The position numbers and the translations under genes are program-made. Under the pieces are notes generated by a model. It ran no database searches, was not told where the DNA came from, and worked only from the letters and a program-made list of their open reading frames with translations. 64,000 bases of DNA from Alphaproteobacteria bacterium (GTDB taxonomy: Bacteria; Pseudomonadota; Alphaproteobacteria; CAAGCB01; CAG-977): the NCBI GenBank assembly GCA_900768845.1, contig CAAGEK010000020.1, positions 14,011 through 78,010 of the forward strand, given 5' to 3'. Positions within the stretch are counted from its first letter, which is position 1. Every line of letters begins with the position of its first letter. Shown in pieces: positions 9,555-17,850 of this stretch.

Positions 9555-10166
9555 TTACCAACCGAAAGAAGACTGTTTGGAATATTTGTTGATTTTACTG
9601 CGCGTCCTTAAAACTTCCACGCCTTTTTCAATGTCGGTCATTCGCATATTCACGGAATATTCCTTGATCGTTTTTCCGTCGCGTGTTCCGGGAACCATGC
9701 GCACCGCACCGAAAACGATTAAATCGGCTCCGGTCATCCTGCCGATTTTCTTAACATCCTTCGGATCGACGGAACCGTCGTTCTGATAGCTGATTTCCCG
9801 CAACAAACGGTCGCGTGCCTGTTCGTCGATCAAAACATAGTCGCCCGAAGCCGAAAATTCGGTCAGCAATTCGTCATTGATATCGCCGACGGGAAAATAA
9901 GCTTCGGAAGTCAGGTTCTGAACCTCTCCGATGAACAGTTTCGGTTCGCGCCCCAACTTCGCCAGATAATTTTGAAACCCGCGGTGTTTTTGAATCTGTT
10001 TCAAAATGTCCTGAACGGTCAATTCGGTATCTTTGGCAACCCATTGGTCGGTGATTTCCATCGCCAGTTCGTCCGAACGTTCCGCCGACACGCGTTCGGC
10101 TTTGAACGACGCACATGAAGCCGTCAAAATGCACGAAAGAATTAAAAACAAACCTTTTTTCATCAT
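9555..10166 (-). CDS. LpoB-like / COG3417-like small lipoprotein
   Basis: Lipobox ILTASCASF. ~200 aa. C-terminal GADLIVFGAV...MRMTDIEKG pattern resembles the LpoB fold family. 4-nt gap to the downstream gene. Confidence 0.4.
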   Translation of the reverse strand: MMKKGLFLILSCILTASCASFKAERVSAERSDELAMEITDQWVAKDTELTVQDILKQIQKHRGFQNYLAKLGREPKLFIGEVQNLTSEAYFPVGDINDELLTEFSASGDYVLIDEQARDRLLREISYQNDGSVDPKDVKKIGRMTGADLIVFGAVRMVPGTRDGKTIKEYSVNMRMTDIEKGVEVLRTRSKINKYSKQSSFGW

Positions 10167-10175
10167 TGTTTCCTT

Positions 10176-11096
10176 TTAAAAAGAGGGGATGTTTTCCGCC
10201 AAATACGACCGATAGGATTCCGCGGCGTATTCAAAAGCCTGACCGTACGTCCGCCCCGTTTCCGAAAACGACGCGACCGCGGTTTCCTTCCTTACACCTT
10301 TTGCGTCGGTGAAAACCAGCCTGAAATTAAAAAGATAACGCACGAATCCTTTGACATTCAAATGCTGTTTTCCCGAAGAGAAAAGGACGTCAAGCGTTAC
10401 GGCCGGCCGCCCTCCGGTTCCGGCCAAAGCATAGCCGGCCTGTTCCAAAACGCTTCGGACGCTTTGCGTTAAAAGGGGGGATTCGGAACGGACGAACAAA
10501 ACTTTCCCCTCCGTCGCTTTTCTTTTACAGTCCAAAACATCGGCATACGGCACCTTTTCAGGCAAAAAATCCCCCGTCAGAACCGCATATTTCGCATTCA
10601 AAGACTTTCTTTGCACGGCCGCACGTTCGGCTTTCACGGCGTCGGGCAACGAACCGCGGGATACGGCGTCTTTGATATTTTCATCAAGCTTTTCAATGTC
10701 CTTTTTCAAAATCGCGGCGGACAAGGGCTTGTTCAAAACCGCCAAAGCGTAAACGGACTTTCCGCCTTCAAACGTTTCCCTGATTTCCGCGGTGTTGAGC
10801 AGAAAATCCGTCCGCTCCGTCACGTTTTGGCTCAAGCCGGCTTCCGTTTCCGTTTCCGAAACCGCGCTCACCGCATCGATTTTCGTTTCCAAAATCTTGG
10901 CCAGTTCAAGCCTTGCGTTTATTCCGGCGGCATTGCGTCCCGTTCCCTCCCCGACGGCGCACAATTCGTCGGCGGAACAGCCCGCATCGGGTTTTTCCAA
11001 CCAAGCCGGAGGCAAAGACCCGACATCGGCGATGCGCAAAGGCGGAACCGGTGTGCAGGCACTTAAAAAAACAAATGTTAAAACAATACGCTTCAA
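10176..11096 (-). CDS. LPP20-domain lipoprotein
   Basis: Lipobox FLSACTPV. Segment ELCAVGEGTGRNAAGINARLELAKILETKIDAVSAVSE resembles the LPP20 lipoprotein family. First gene of the minus-strand trio. Confidence 0.45.
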   Translation of the reverse strand: MKRIVLTFVFLSACTPVPPLRIADVGSLPPAWLEKPDAGCSADELCAVGEGTGRNAAGINARLELAKILETKIDAVSAVSETETEAGLSQNVTERTDFLLNTAEIRETFEGGKSVYALAVLNKPLSAAILKKDIEKLDENIKDAVSRGSLPDAVKAERAAVQRKSLNAKYAVLTGDFLPEKVPYADVLDCKRKATEGKVLFVRSESPLLTQSVRSVLEQAGYALAGTGGRPAVTLDVLFSSGKQHLNVKGFVRYLFNFRLVFTDAKGVRKETAVASFSETGRTYGQAFEYAAESYRSYLAENIPSF

Positions 11097-11230
11097 TGAA
11101 AACGCCTTTTACGGAACGGAACTGAAAAGATGATAGCGTAAAACTCCTTTTAGAGCAAACGGACAGATACAGTTTTCGTCCTTCCTCGCCTATAATGACG
11201 TCAAACATCCGCACAACGGGGGGAAAAGCA

Positions 11231-11416
11231 ATGAAACATTTAAAAACGGTCTTTGCGATTTTGGCAATTTGTGCTTTTGTATGGTGGCTGTTCACCGGCG
11301 CGGAAAGCGAACCGTGCGGCGGGGGCGGTTTTTACGACGCCGACGCCGGCGTTTGCATTTATCCGCAAGACGCCTCCTCCGCTTCTCAAAGCCCCGCGCC
11401 GTTACAGGGCAAATGA
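11231..11416 (+). CDS. Small hypothetical membrane/secreted protein (61 aa)
   Basis: MKHLKTVFAILAICAFVWWLFTG hydrophobic N-terminus and a GGGG/Cys-containing tail. A TATAAT box at 11185-11190 lies upstream. Weak support. Confidence 0.3.
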   Translation: MKHLKTVFAILAICAFVWWLFTGAESEPCGGGGFYDADAGVCIYPQDASSASQSPAPLQGK

Positions 11417-11434
11417 TGTTCAAGGATGAAAACA

Positions 11435-12358
11435 ATGGCTAAAAAAATATGGAAAGCGGGAACGATGCTGTATCCCGCGCCGCCCGTCATGGTGACGTGC
11501 GGAACGGCGGAAAAGGCGAATGTCTTTACGGCGGCGTGGACGGGGATTGTCAATTCGGAACCCCCGATGACGTATGTGTCCGTCCGTCCGTCGCGGTATT
11601 CCCACGAATTGATCAGCGAAACGGGAGAGTTCGTCATCAACCTGACAACGGCGGATTTGATAAAAACGGCCGATTTTTGCGGAGTCAAATCGGGTCGCGA
11701 TATGGACAAGTTCGCCGAAACGGGATTGAAAACCGTTCCCGCTTCCGATGTTTCGTGCCCGTTGCTGGAAGCTTCCCCCGTTTGTTTGGAATGTCGGGTG
11801 ACGGAAGTGAAGTCTTTGGGATCGCACGATATGTTTTTGGCGCGAATCACGGCCGTGGACATTGACGAATCGCTGTTGGACGAGACGGGAGCCTTGCAAT
11901 TGGAAAAAGCGCATCTGGCGGCGTTTTGCCACGGAAAATACCATGCCGTCGGCGCAGAATTGGGGACGTTCGGTTTTTCCGTCATGAAAAAGAAAACCAG
12001 AAAACGCCGCATCGCCGAAATCAAAGAGGAACGCAGGGAAAAACGTCTGCATCAGAAAAAGGAAACGGTTGAAGAATCTTTTGAACCGGAAAGGCCGAAA
12101 CATTTTTCAAAGCCCGCCTTTAAAAAGGGCGGTTCTTTCCCTTTGCGCGGCAGACGGACGGAAAAGGAGGAAGGCGCGGCGAAACGTCCGTCCGGCGAAA
12201 GGCAGGAACGCCCGTTCGGGAAAGAAGGCAAACGCCCTTTCAACGGTGAAAGGAAACGTCCGTTTAAAAACAACGGCAAATTTACGGAACGGGAAACGGA
12301 AAGGACGTTCAAGAAAAAGCCCTTTTTGAAAAAGAAGCCTTTTAAAAGGGGCGAATGA
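11435..12358 (+). CDS. Flavin reductase-like (FMN-binding split-barrel) domain protein with ~130-aa K/R/E-rich C-terminal tail containing RPF repeats
   Basis: N-terminal ~170 aa match the flavin reductase domain pattern (MTYVSVRPSRYSHELI, GEFVINL, DKFAETGL). The tail carries ERPFGKEGKRPFNGERKRPFKNNGKF repeats. AAGGA RBS 9 nt upstream. Confidence 0.6.
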   Translation: MAKKIWKAGTMLYPAPPVMVTCGTAEKANVFTAAWTGIVNSEPPMTYVSVRPSRYSHELISETGEFVINLTTADLIKTADFCGVKSGRDMDKFAETGLKTVPASDVSCPLLEASPVCLECRVTEVKSLGSHDMFLARITAVDIDESLLDETGALQLEKAHLAAFCHGKYHAVGAELGTFGFSVMKKKTRKRRIAEIKEERREKRLHQKKETVEESFEPERPKHFSKPAFKKGGSFPLRGRRTEKEEGAAKRPSGERQERPFGKEGKRPFNGERKRPFKNNGKFTERETERTFKKKPFLKKKPFKRGE

Positions 12359-12469
12359 AATCAAAAGCGCGGGAATCCCTTTGTTTCCGCGCTTTTAAAC
12401 ACTCCCCGCCATCGGTTGACGGTTTTGCCCGATTGACGTATACTTTCCGGCGAAAGGAACGATAAAGCC

Positions 12470-13600
12470 ATGTCTTTGAAAGCCGCCTTCAACCGGATTT
12501 TTAAATCGAAACCCTCCGTCGGCCGGTACGACCTGCACGGCATAACGGTAAACGTTGCACCGGATGAAAAGGCGAATGTCGAAGCCCTGTTCGATGCATT
12601 GGCTTCCGTTCCCTCCGGACGGCAGGCTTTGGACGATATGGCGCAATACAAGACCGCTTTCTTTTTGGAATCGGGGCTGAAGACGGCAAACGCCTTTTTC
12701 AATCCGGAAAGCAACGCCATCGTTATGGACAGGTCTTTGGATCCCGCGGCCATGCAATTCATTTTGGTGCATGAAGCGCGTCATTTGCGGCAATGGCATC
12801 AGGGACGCAAAGAGGCGGAAGCCCTGAATCCGGATTTCGCATCGAAAATGATGCTTGTCAAAGCGACGGAAGCCGACGCTCAGGTTCAGGCCTTCCAAGC
12901 CTGTTTGGAATGGCGGGAACGGGGGAACGCCGCTCCGATGGAGCAATTTGAAAAGCGAGACCGTTCGATTGTTGACGGTTTCAACCGCTCCCGTTCCCTT
13001 TCGGGTGCTTTCAAAGGCTGGTATGACAACGATTTGACCGTTGCCGTTTACGAATTCAATCACGGAATTTTCCCCGCTCTGATGTATTTGGATGAAAATC
13101 CTGAGGAAAAGCGGCCTTTCACATCTTTAAAGCCGGCGGATATCGCCCGATTTTGCGGCGGGAATCGCATTGAAGGGTTTGAACGTTTTTTGGATTCCCC
13201 CAAAGCCCGCCGGATGCATTTAATGACCAAAACCGCCGCCGAAATTTATGATTCCGTTTCGACGGCGAAAGGTGCCGCTCATGATCCGTCGTTGAAGGGC
13301 GTCCCCCTTGTTCCTTTGAACGAAAGCCCCTGCACCCGAATGGCGGCGGATCTTCTTGTTGCACGAACGCACAACACTTTTCCCCCGTCTTTGACAAAAA
13401 ATCCGGTCAAGCGCAATATTTTAAAAACCCTGAATGCGGTTGCGGTTTGCGTTGAAAAGATGAATCGTGCGGAAATCAAAGGCGTAACGGATATTGAGGC
13501 CTCCGCCGGTTTGGAAGAAAGCAAAAAACGGGTTTTGAATGCCGTAAACAAAAACCCTTTGCAAGCCTTGCTTCCCGCTTATTGTTCATCCCGCAACTGA
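12470..13600 (+). CDS. Hypothetical cytoplasmic protein with HExxH zincin-like motif (putative metallopeptidase), no signal peptide
   Basis: AAGGAA RBS. Motif ILVHEARHLRQWHQGRKEAEAL, with HEARH plus downstream Glu residues. Gene lies directly upstream of tRNA-Arg. Confidence 0.6.
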   Translation: MSLKAAFNRIFKSKPSVGRYDLHGITVNVAPDEKANVEALFDALASVPSGRQALDDMAQYKTAFFLESGLKTANAFFNPESNAIVMDRSLDPAAMQFILVHEARHLRQWHQGRKEAEALNPDFASKMMLVKATEADAQVQAFQACLEWRERGNAAPMEQFEKRDRSIVDGFNRSRSLSGAFKGWYDNDLTVAVYEFNHGIFPALMYLDENPEEKRPFTSLKPADIARFCGGNRIEGFERFLDSPKARRMHLMTKTAAEIYDSVSTAKGAAHDPSLKGVPLVPLNESPCTRMAADLLVARTHNTFPPSLTKNPVKRNILKTLNAVAVCVEKMNRAEIKGVTDIEASAGLEESKKRVLNAVNKNPLQALLPAYCSSRN

Positions 13601-13708
13601 CACCCCGAGGGGGTGGGTAAGTTTTCAGGGAAGTAAATATTTCCGCCGACGTTTCTTCCAAAAACTTAAAGAGCCTTTCAGGCTCAAATCTTGGGGCTTA
13701 CAACATAA

Positions 13709-13743
13709 AAACACCCCCCGCCTTGCGGCAGGGGGTGTTTTTA
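13709..13743. terminator. Bidirectional rho-independent terminator (CACCCCC-GCCTTGCGGC-AGGGGGTG flanked by A/T runs)
   Basis: GC-rich hairpin with a T-run on both strands. Sits immediately 3' of tRNA-Arg (minus) and ~110 nt 3' of the 12470-13600 gene (plus). Confidence 0.7.
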
Positions 13744-13821
13744 TGGCGCGCCCAAGAAGATTCGAACTCCTAGCCTTCTGATCCGTAGTCAGATGCTCTA
13801 TCCAGTTGAGCTATGGGCGCC
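13744..13821 (-). tRNA. tRNA-Arg (anticodon ACG), CCA encoded
   Basis: Minus-strand sequence GGCGCCCATAGCTCAACTGGATAGAGCATCTGACTACGGATCAGAAGGCTAGGAGTTCGAATCTTCTTGGGCGCGCCA. Cloverleaf with anticodon loop CUACGGA and T-arm GGTTCGAATCC-like. Confidence 0.9.
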
Positions 13822-14027
13822 TGAACAAGGGTGTATATACCGCTTTTAAAAATCTTGTGCAAGCTTTTTTTTAAAAATTTTACAAGAAAAATGACATCCC
13901 GCGCTTTTTTGATAAAAATTCTTGCAAAACCGCGTTTTCTCGCTACATTCTAAATCAACGCCGCCGGAATTTCCGTTCAGGTAGCGAAACGTTGCGCAAA
14001 AACTTTACTTTTTCAAGGTGTCAAATC

Positions 14028-15182
14028 ATGTCCGTTTCAAAGCGACTTCTTTCCGTTGCTGCTTTTTTAACGCTCTTCGGATGTTCTTCGACTCAGGAAC
14101 CTTATTCCGCCGACGATTATTATGCCGACGAGTTTTCAACCGTTCAGCCCGCGGAAGAACAGGCCGTCCCCGAAAAAGGGACGGACAAGCCGAAAGCCGC
14201 CGCCGAAAACGAACCCGCCCGTCCCCAAGCCGCGGCCACGCCTGCGGATATTTCCGGAAAGTATGCGGGAAAGCCGACCTTTATCGGTCAGAAAGTCGCA
14301 ACAATCGACCGCGAAGTGAAATCCCTTAAGGAAAAAGTGTCCAAAAACACCCAGACTTTCAGAACCTTGAAGGAAAAGAACGCCTCCGAGTCGAAGGCGT
14401 ATTACGAATTCATCGCCCATATCAACGCCCGTTTGCAAATCGGAACGACTCCGGGAAATCCCGAATTGACGGAAATGTGGAAGCAGGCCGGCGTCAAAGT
14501 CAACCAGTTGGAACAAAACATCACGGCCATGTCCCGTCTGGCGACTCAGGCCGATTCGGATTCCGCAATGGTGACATATCTGTTGGATGCCATCCGCGCA
14601 ACGTTTTCAATATCGGGCGCACAGGAATCCGAACATGAGCATTTGCGTCTGATGGAAGACGAAACAAACCAGACCTCCGTCCTGTTGGAACGTCTGGTCA
14701 GCGACATCAATATGCAGGTCGCCCGTCAACAGCAGTACATCGCCAACGAACGCCGCAACCTTTCCACGTTGGGAATGGGCATCCGTTCGGGACAGTTGTT
14801 CGGCGTCAATCTGGCCGATCCGACAATGATTCCGACCCCCGCCGCGGCTCCCGCTTCGGGTGCGGCGTCGACCCTGCCGGCCGCGAATGTCGCAGGTCGC
14901 CGCCCCTTGATGGTCATCCGTTTCGACCGCCGGAACGTCGCTTATGAACAACCGTTGTACCAAGCCGTCAAGACGGCTTTGGAAAAACGGCCGGCCACGT
15001 CGTTTGAAGTCGTCGCCGTCAGTCCCGCGAACGTCCCTTCGGGCGGATACGAAGCGGCGAAAAACGCTCAGGCCGTTTACAACTCCCTGATCGCCATGGG
15101 CTTGCCCGCCGGACGCGTCAGTGTGACCAAAATGCAAAGCACGGGGCTTCGCGCAACGGAAGTGCGCATTTATTTGAAATAA
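14028..15182 (+). CDS. Lipoprotein with central coiled-coil region and degenerate OmpA/MotB-like C-terminal domain
   Basis: Lipobox LTLFGCSS (start taken at the second Met of the listed ORF). C-terminal NAQAVYNSLIAMGLPAGRVSV...RATEVRIYLK resembles the OmpA-like peptidoglycan-binding fold. Confidence 0.45.
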   Translation: MSVSKRLLSVAAFLTLFGCSSTQEPYSADDYYADEFSTVQPAEEQAVPEKGTDKPKAAAENEPARPQAAATPADISGKYAGKPTFIGQKVATIDREVKSLKEKVSKNTQTFRTLKEKNASESKAYYEFIAHINARLQIGTTPGNPELTEMWKQAGVKVNQLEQNITAMSRLATQADSDSAMVTYLLDAIRATFSISGAQESEHEHLRLMEDETNQTSVLLERLVSDINMQVARQQQYIANERRNLSTLGMGIRSGQLFGVNLADPTMIPTPAAAPASGAASTLPAANVAGRRPLMVIRFDRRNVAYEQPLYQAVKTALEKRPATSFEVVAVSPANVPSGGYEAAKNAQAVYNSLIAMGLPAGRVSVTKMQSTGLRATEVRIYLK

Positions 15183-15315
15183 TGCAGATGAAATCAAAGA
15201 TCCGGACTGTCGGTTCGTCCGGATCTTTTTCATATCCGCAAAGCATCTGTGCTGGACAGGGAATCGGATAGATTTTATCATAAGCGCATAAATCTGATTT
15301 TGACGGGAAACGATT

Positions 15316-16605
15316 TTGGTTACGGCAAGACAAAACGGCGAACAACAATTCTTGGATATGCTTTACCGCATTGAAGGGATGAGGCGTGACATCCAGATCG
15401 TTCATCTGAAACTGTCCGCCCTGTCCGCGACCGACCGGCAGGATGAAAGACAGAACCATGTCATGACGTCTTTGTTGGACGCTTTCCTGAGCCGGTCGAA
15501 AGCCCGCCTGTTTTCCATGTCGGACGGAGATTTCTTCATCGTCGTCCATTCGCTTTCCCGCCCTTTGTTGCAAAACCTGACGGACGCTTTAAGAAGGCTG
15601 TACCGCTCCGATCCGCTGACAAAAGCTCCGCCCATCCGTTTTTGCGAAGTCATCGAGCTGGAATACGAATATGACGCCGTTTTGAAACTTGCGCGTCAAA
15701 AAGCCGACAACGCGGGCAAGGCAACCCTCAAAAAAGAACAGCCGCGGGATTTGGTTCCCTTGGCTCCCGAACATCTGGACGCCATCTTGCGCAACATTCG
15801 GGGGTTCAACATCCTGAAAGTCATCCGCAGACAGGAAGCCATCCGGATTTCCCGAAACGGCAAATACACGTCCCTGTTCAAGGAATATTTCACTTCGATG
15901 GCCGATTTAAAGGCCGCAATCGCTCCGGACGTCGACGTTTTGTCGAACAGATGGCTGTTCCAACACCTGAGCGAAACGCTGGACGAACGGATGTTGTCGG
16001 TGCATGACAGCCTGTTTGCCCGAACACCGGGGAATATCAGCCTGAACCTCAACATTTCAACGATTTTTACGAACGCTTTCGAACATTTTCTGGAACAAAT
16101 GCCCGAATCAAAGTTTATCGTTGTCGAAGTCCAGCTGATGGACATTATTCAAAACACCAAAAACTTTATCACGGCCAAAGAATTGTTGCGCGAAGCGGGA
16201 CACAAAATCCTGATTGACGGCTTGCATCCGATTTCTTTGCAATTTCTGGATTTGAACCTGTTGGATCCCGATTTGATCAAGCTCAACTGGTCGGCGGCGA
16301 TTCTGGAAAATGCGGGAACGTCGGGATTGAAGGACGCTTTAAAGGAAATCGACCCCGAAAAGATCGTTTTAATGCGTTGCGAAGACGAAAACGCCGTCAA
16401 ATGGGGGCTGACCAACGGCATTACGCGTTTTCAGGGCTACTTTATCGACGCGTTGTCGGGTGCGGGCGTCAAGCGTAAATGTCAAAACGGCGACGGTTGC
16501 TCTTTGCAACAGTGTATAGCCAGAAAATCGTGTATCGCCGGTTCCGTGCGTTCCCAATGCCTGAATCAGGATGCGCTGGACTCCCTGATTGAAGAAAACC
16601 TGTAG
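15316..16605 (+). CDS. Degenerate GGDEF-EAL protein, paralog 1 (catalytic motifs lost; candidate c-di-GMP receptor)
   Basis: GGDEF region reads ARLFSMSDGDFFIVVHSL (RxGGDEF replaced). EAL region reads ILIDGLHPISLQFLDLNLLDPDLIKLNWS ... VLMRCEDENAVKWGLTNGITRFQGYFIDAL (DDFGTG...KIDRSF...AEGVE...QGY pattern with catalytic residues substituted). TTG start inferred from alignment with paralog 2; an ATG at 15359 is the alternative. Confidence 0.6.
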   Translation: MVTARQNGEQQFLDMLYRIEGMRRDIQIVHLKLSALSATDRQDERQNHVMTSLLDAFLSRSKARLFSMSDGDFFIVVHSLSRPLLQNLTDALRRLYRSDPLTKAPPIRFCEVIELEYEYDAVLKLARQKADNAGKATLKKEQPRDLVPLAPEHLDAILRNIRGFNILKVIRRQEAIRISRNGKYTSLFKEYFTSMADLKAAIAPDVDVLSNRWLFQHLSETLDERMLSVHDSLFARTPGNISLNLNISTIFTNAFEHFLEQMPESKFIVVEVQLMDIIQNTKNFITAKELLREAGHKILIDGLHPISLQFLDLNLLDPDLIKLNWSAAILENAGTSGLKDALKEIDPEKIVLMRCEDENAVKWGLTNGITRFQGYFIDALSGAGVKRKCQNGDGCSLQQCIARKSCIAGSVRSQCLNQDALDSLIEENL

Positions 16606-16613
16606 GAGGGACA

Positions 16614-17846
16614 ATGATACAAAACCAAGAGGAATCCCTCCGCGCCTATTTGCACGAAGCCATCAAAAACAAAGCCCCGACGACCGTGTTGCAGCTGAAA
16701 ATATCCCTGCTCGATCCGGTTTTGCGGACGGAAAACACTCTGGGAACGATTGTCGAGAATTTCAGGGACGCCCTGTATCCTTACGGCCGCGCTTTCTACA
16801 TGGCGAACGACGACATTTTCATCGCCTATTCTTTAAAAACCAAAGAAAACGAAATCAAAGCCCTGTTGATAAAAACATGGATTTGGTTTTCCGCCGACCC
16901 TCTGGCGTCCACGCCGGAAAAGCTGGAACGCCGCTTTTTCCTGCCTCAGGATAAAACGTCGCTGATGGAGGAGTTGCGCCGCATAACGGCGACGGCTCAA
17001 GAAGAAAAAGACGCATTGCCCGTCACGGCCGGCATCAAAAAGAAATTCATCCTGCCGCCGTCAAACGACAAGAACCACAAACTGTTGACGCCGGAAATGC
17101 TGTCAAGAATGGAAAAAGCGTTGACGGGGACGGATTTCGCCAACATGATCCGCCGCCAATCCGTTTGCGCCGTGTTGGACGACATCGACCCCCAGCCGAT
17201 GTTTGAAGAGGTCTTTGTCTCCATCGCCGATTTGGGAGATGCGATTCTGCCCGACGTGTCCCTGACGGCGACTCCGTGGCTGTTTCAGGATCTGACGGAA
17301 ACATTGGACAAGCGGATTTTGTTGAGCATCTCGCGTCACGACGACAAAACCCTGACCCATGATTTCAGCTTGAACCTGAACGTTTCCTCGATTCTTTCGG
17401 ATAATTTCAAAAAGTTTGACGACAACCTGCTTTCGGGAGTGAAGTCTTCCATCGTTTTGGAATTGCAACCCGTCGATATTTTCAGCGATTTGTCTTCATA
17501 CCTGTTGGCGCGGGATTATGCGCAAAATCAAGGGTATAAAATATGTATCGACGGCGTTACGGAAAAAAGCCTGCGTTTCATCGACCGCGAACGGCTGGGA
17601 GCCGATTTTTTAAAGCTGATCTGGACGCCCGAGCTTCCCGAAATCTTCGGGAATGATCCGCTGTTGCAGGACAGGTTGCAAACAATCGGGGCGAATCGAG
17701 CCGTTTTATGCCGCGTTGACGATGAACAGGCTTTGAAATTCGGCAAGTTTTACAACATTTCCCTGTTTCAGGGACGCTATATCCAGAACCTTCTGGCGAA
17801 CAACATCCGCCGCCGGCGCGTCGGAACAACTTTGTTAAGGAGATAA
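16614..17846 (+). CDS. Degenerate GGDEF-EAL protein, paralog 2
   Basis: 8-nt gap with GAGGGA RBS after paralog 1. RAFYMANDDIFIAYSL (degenerate GGDEF). ICIDGVTEKSLRFIDRERLGADFLKLIWT ... VLCRVDDEQALKFGKFYNISLFQGRYIQNL (degenerate EAL). Confidence 0.6.
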   Translation: MIQNQEESLRAYLHEAIKNKAPTTVLQLKISLLDPVLRTENTLGTIVENFRDALYPYGRAFYMANDDIFIAYSLKTKENEIKALLIKTWIWFSADPLASTPEKLERRFFLPQDKTSLMEELRRITATAQEEKDALPVTAGIKKKFILPPSNDKNHKLLTPEMLSRMEKALTGTDFANMIRRQSVCAVLDDIDPQPMFEEVFVSIADLGDAILPDVSLTATPWLFQDLTETLDKRILLSISRHDDKTLTHDFSLNLNVSSILSDNFKKFDDNLLSGVKSSIVLELQPVDIFSDLSSYLLARDYAQNQGYKICIDGVTEKSLRFIDRERLGADFLKLIWTPELPEIFGNDPLLQDRLQTIGANRAVLCRVDDEQALKFGKFYNISLFQGRYIQNLLANNIRRRRVGTTLLRR

Positions 17847-17850
17847 ATTT

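Noticed and set aside
13119-13661. Minus-strand ORFs overlapping the 3' part of the HExxH gene and the tRNA-proximal spacer
   Set aside because: They are short, overlap a better-supported + strand gene, and have Arg/Pro-rich odd composition. They are treated as noise.
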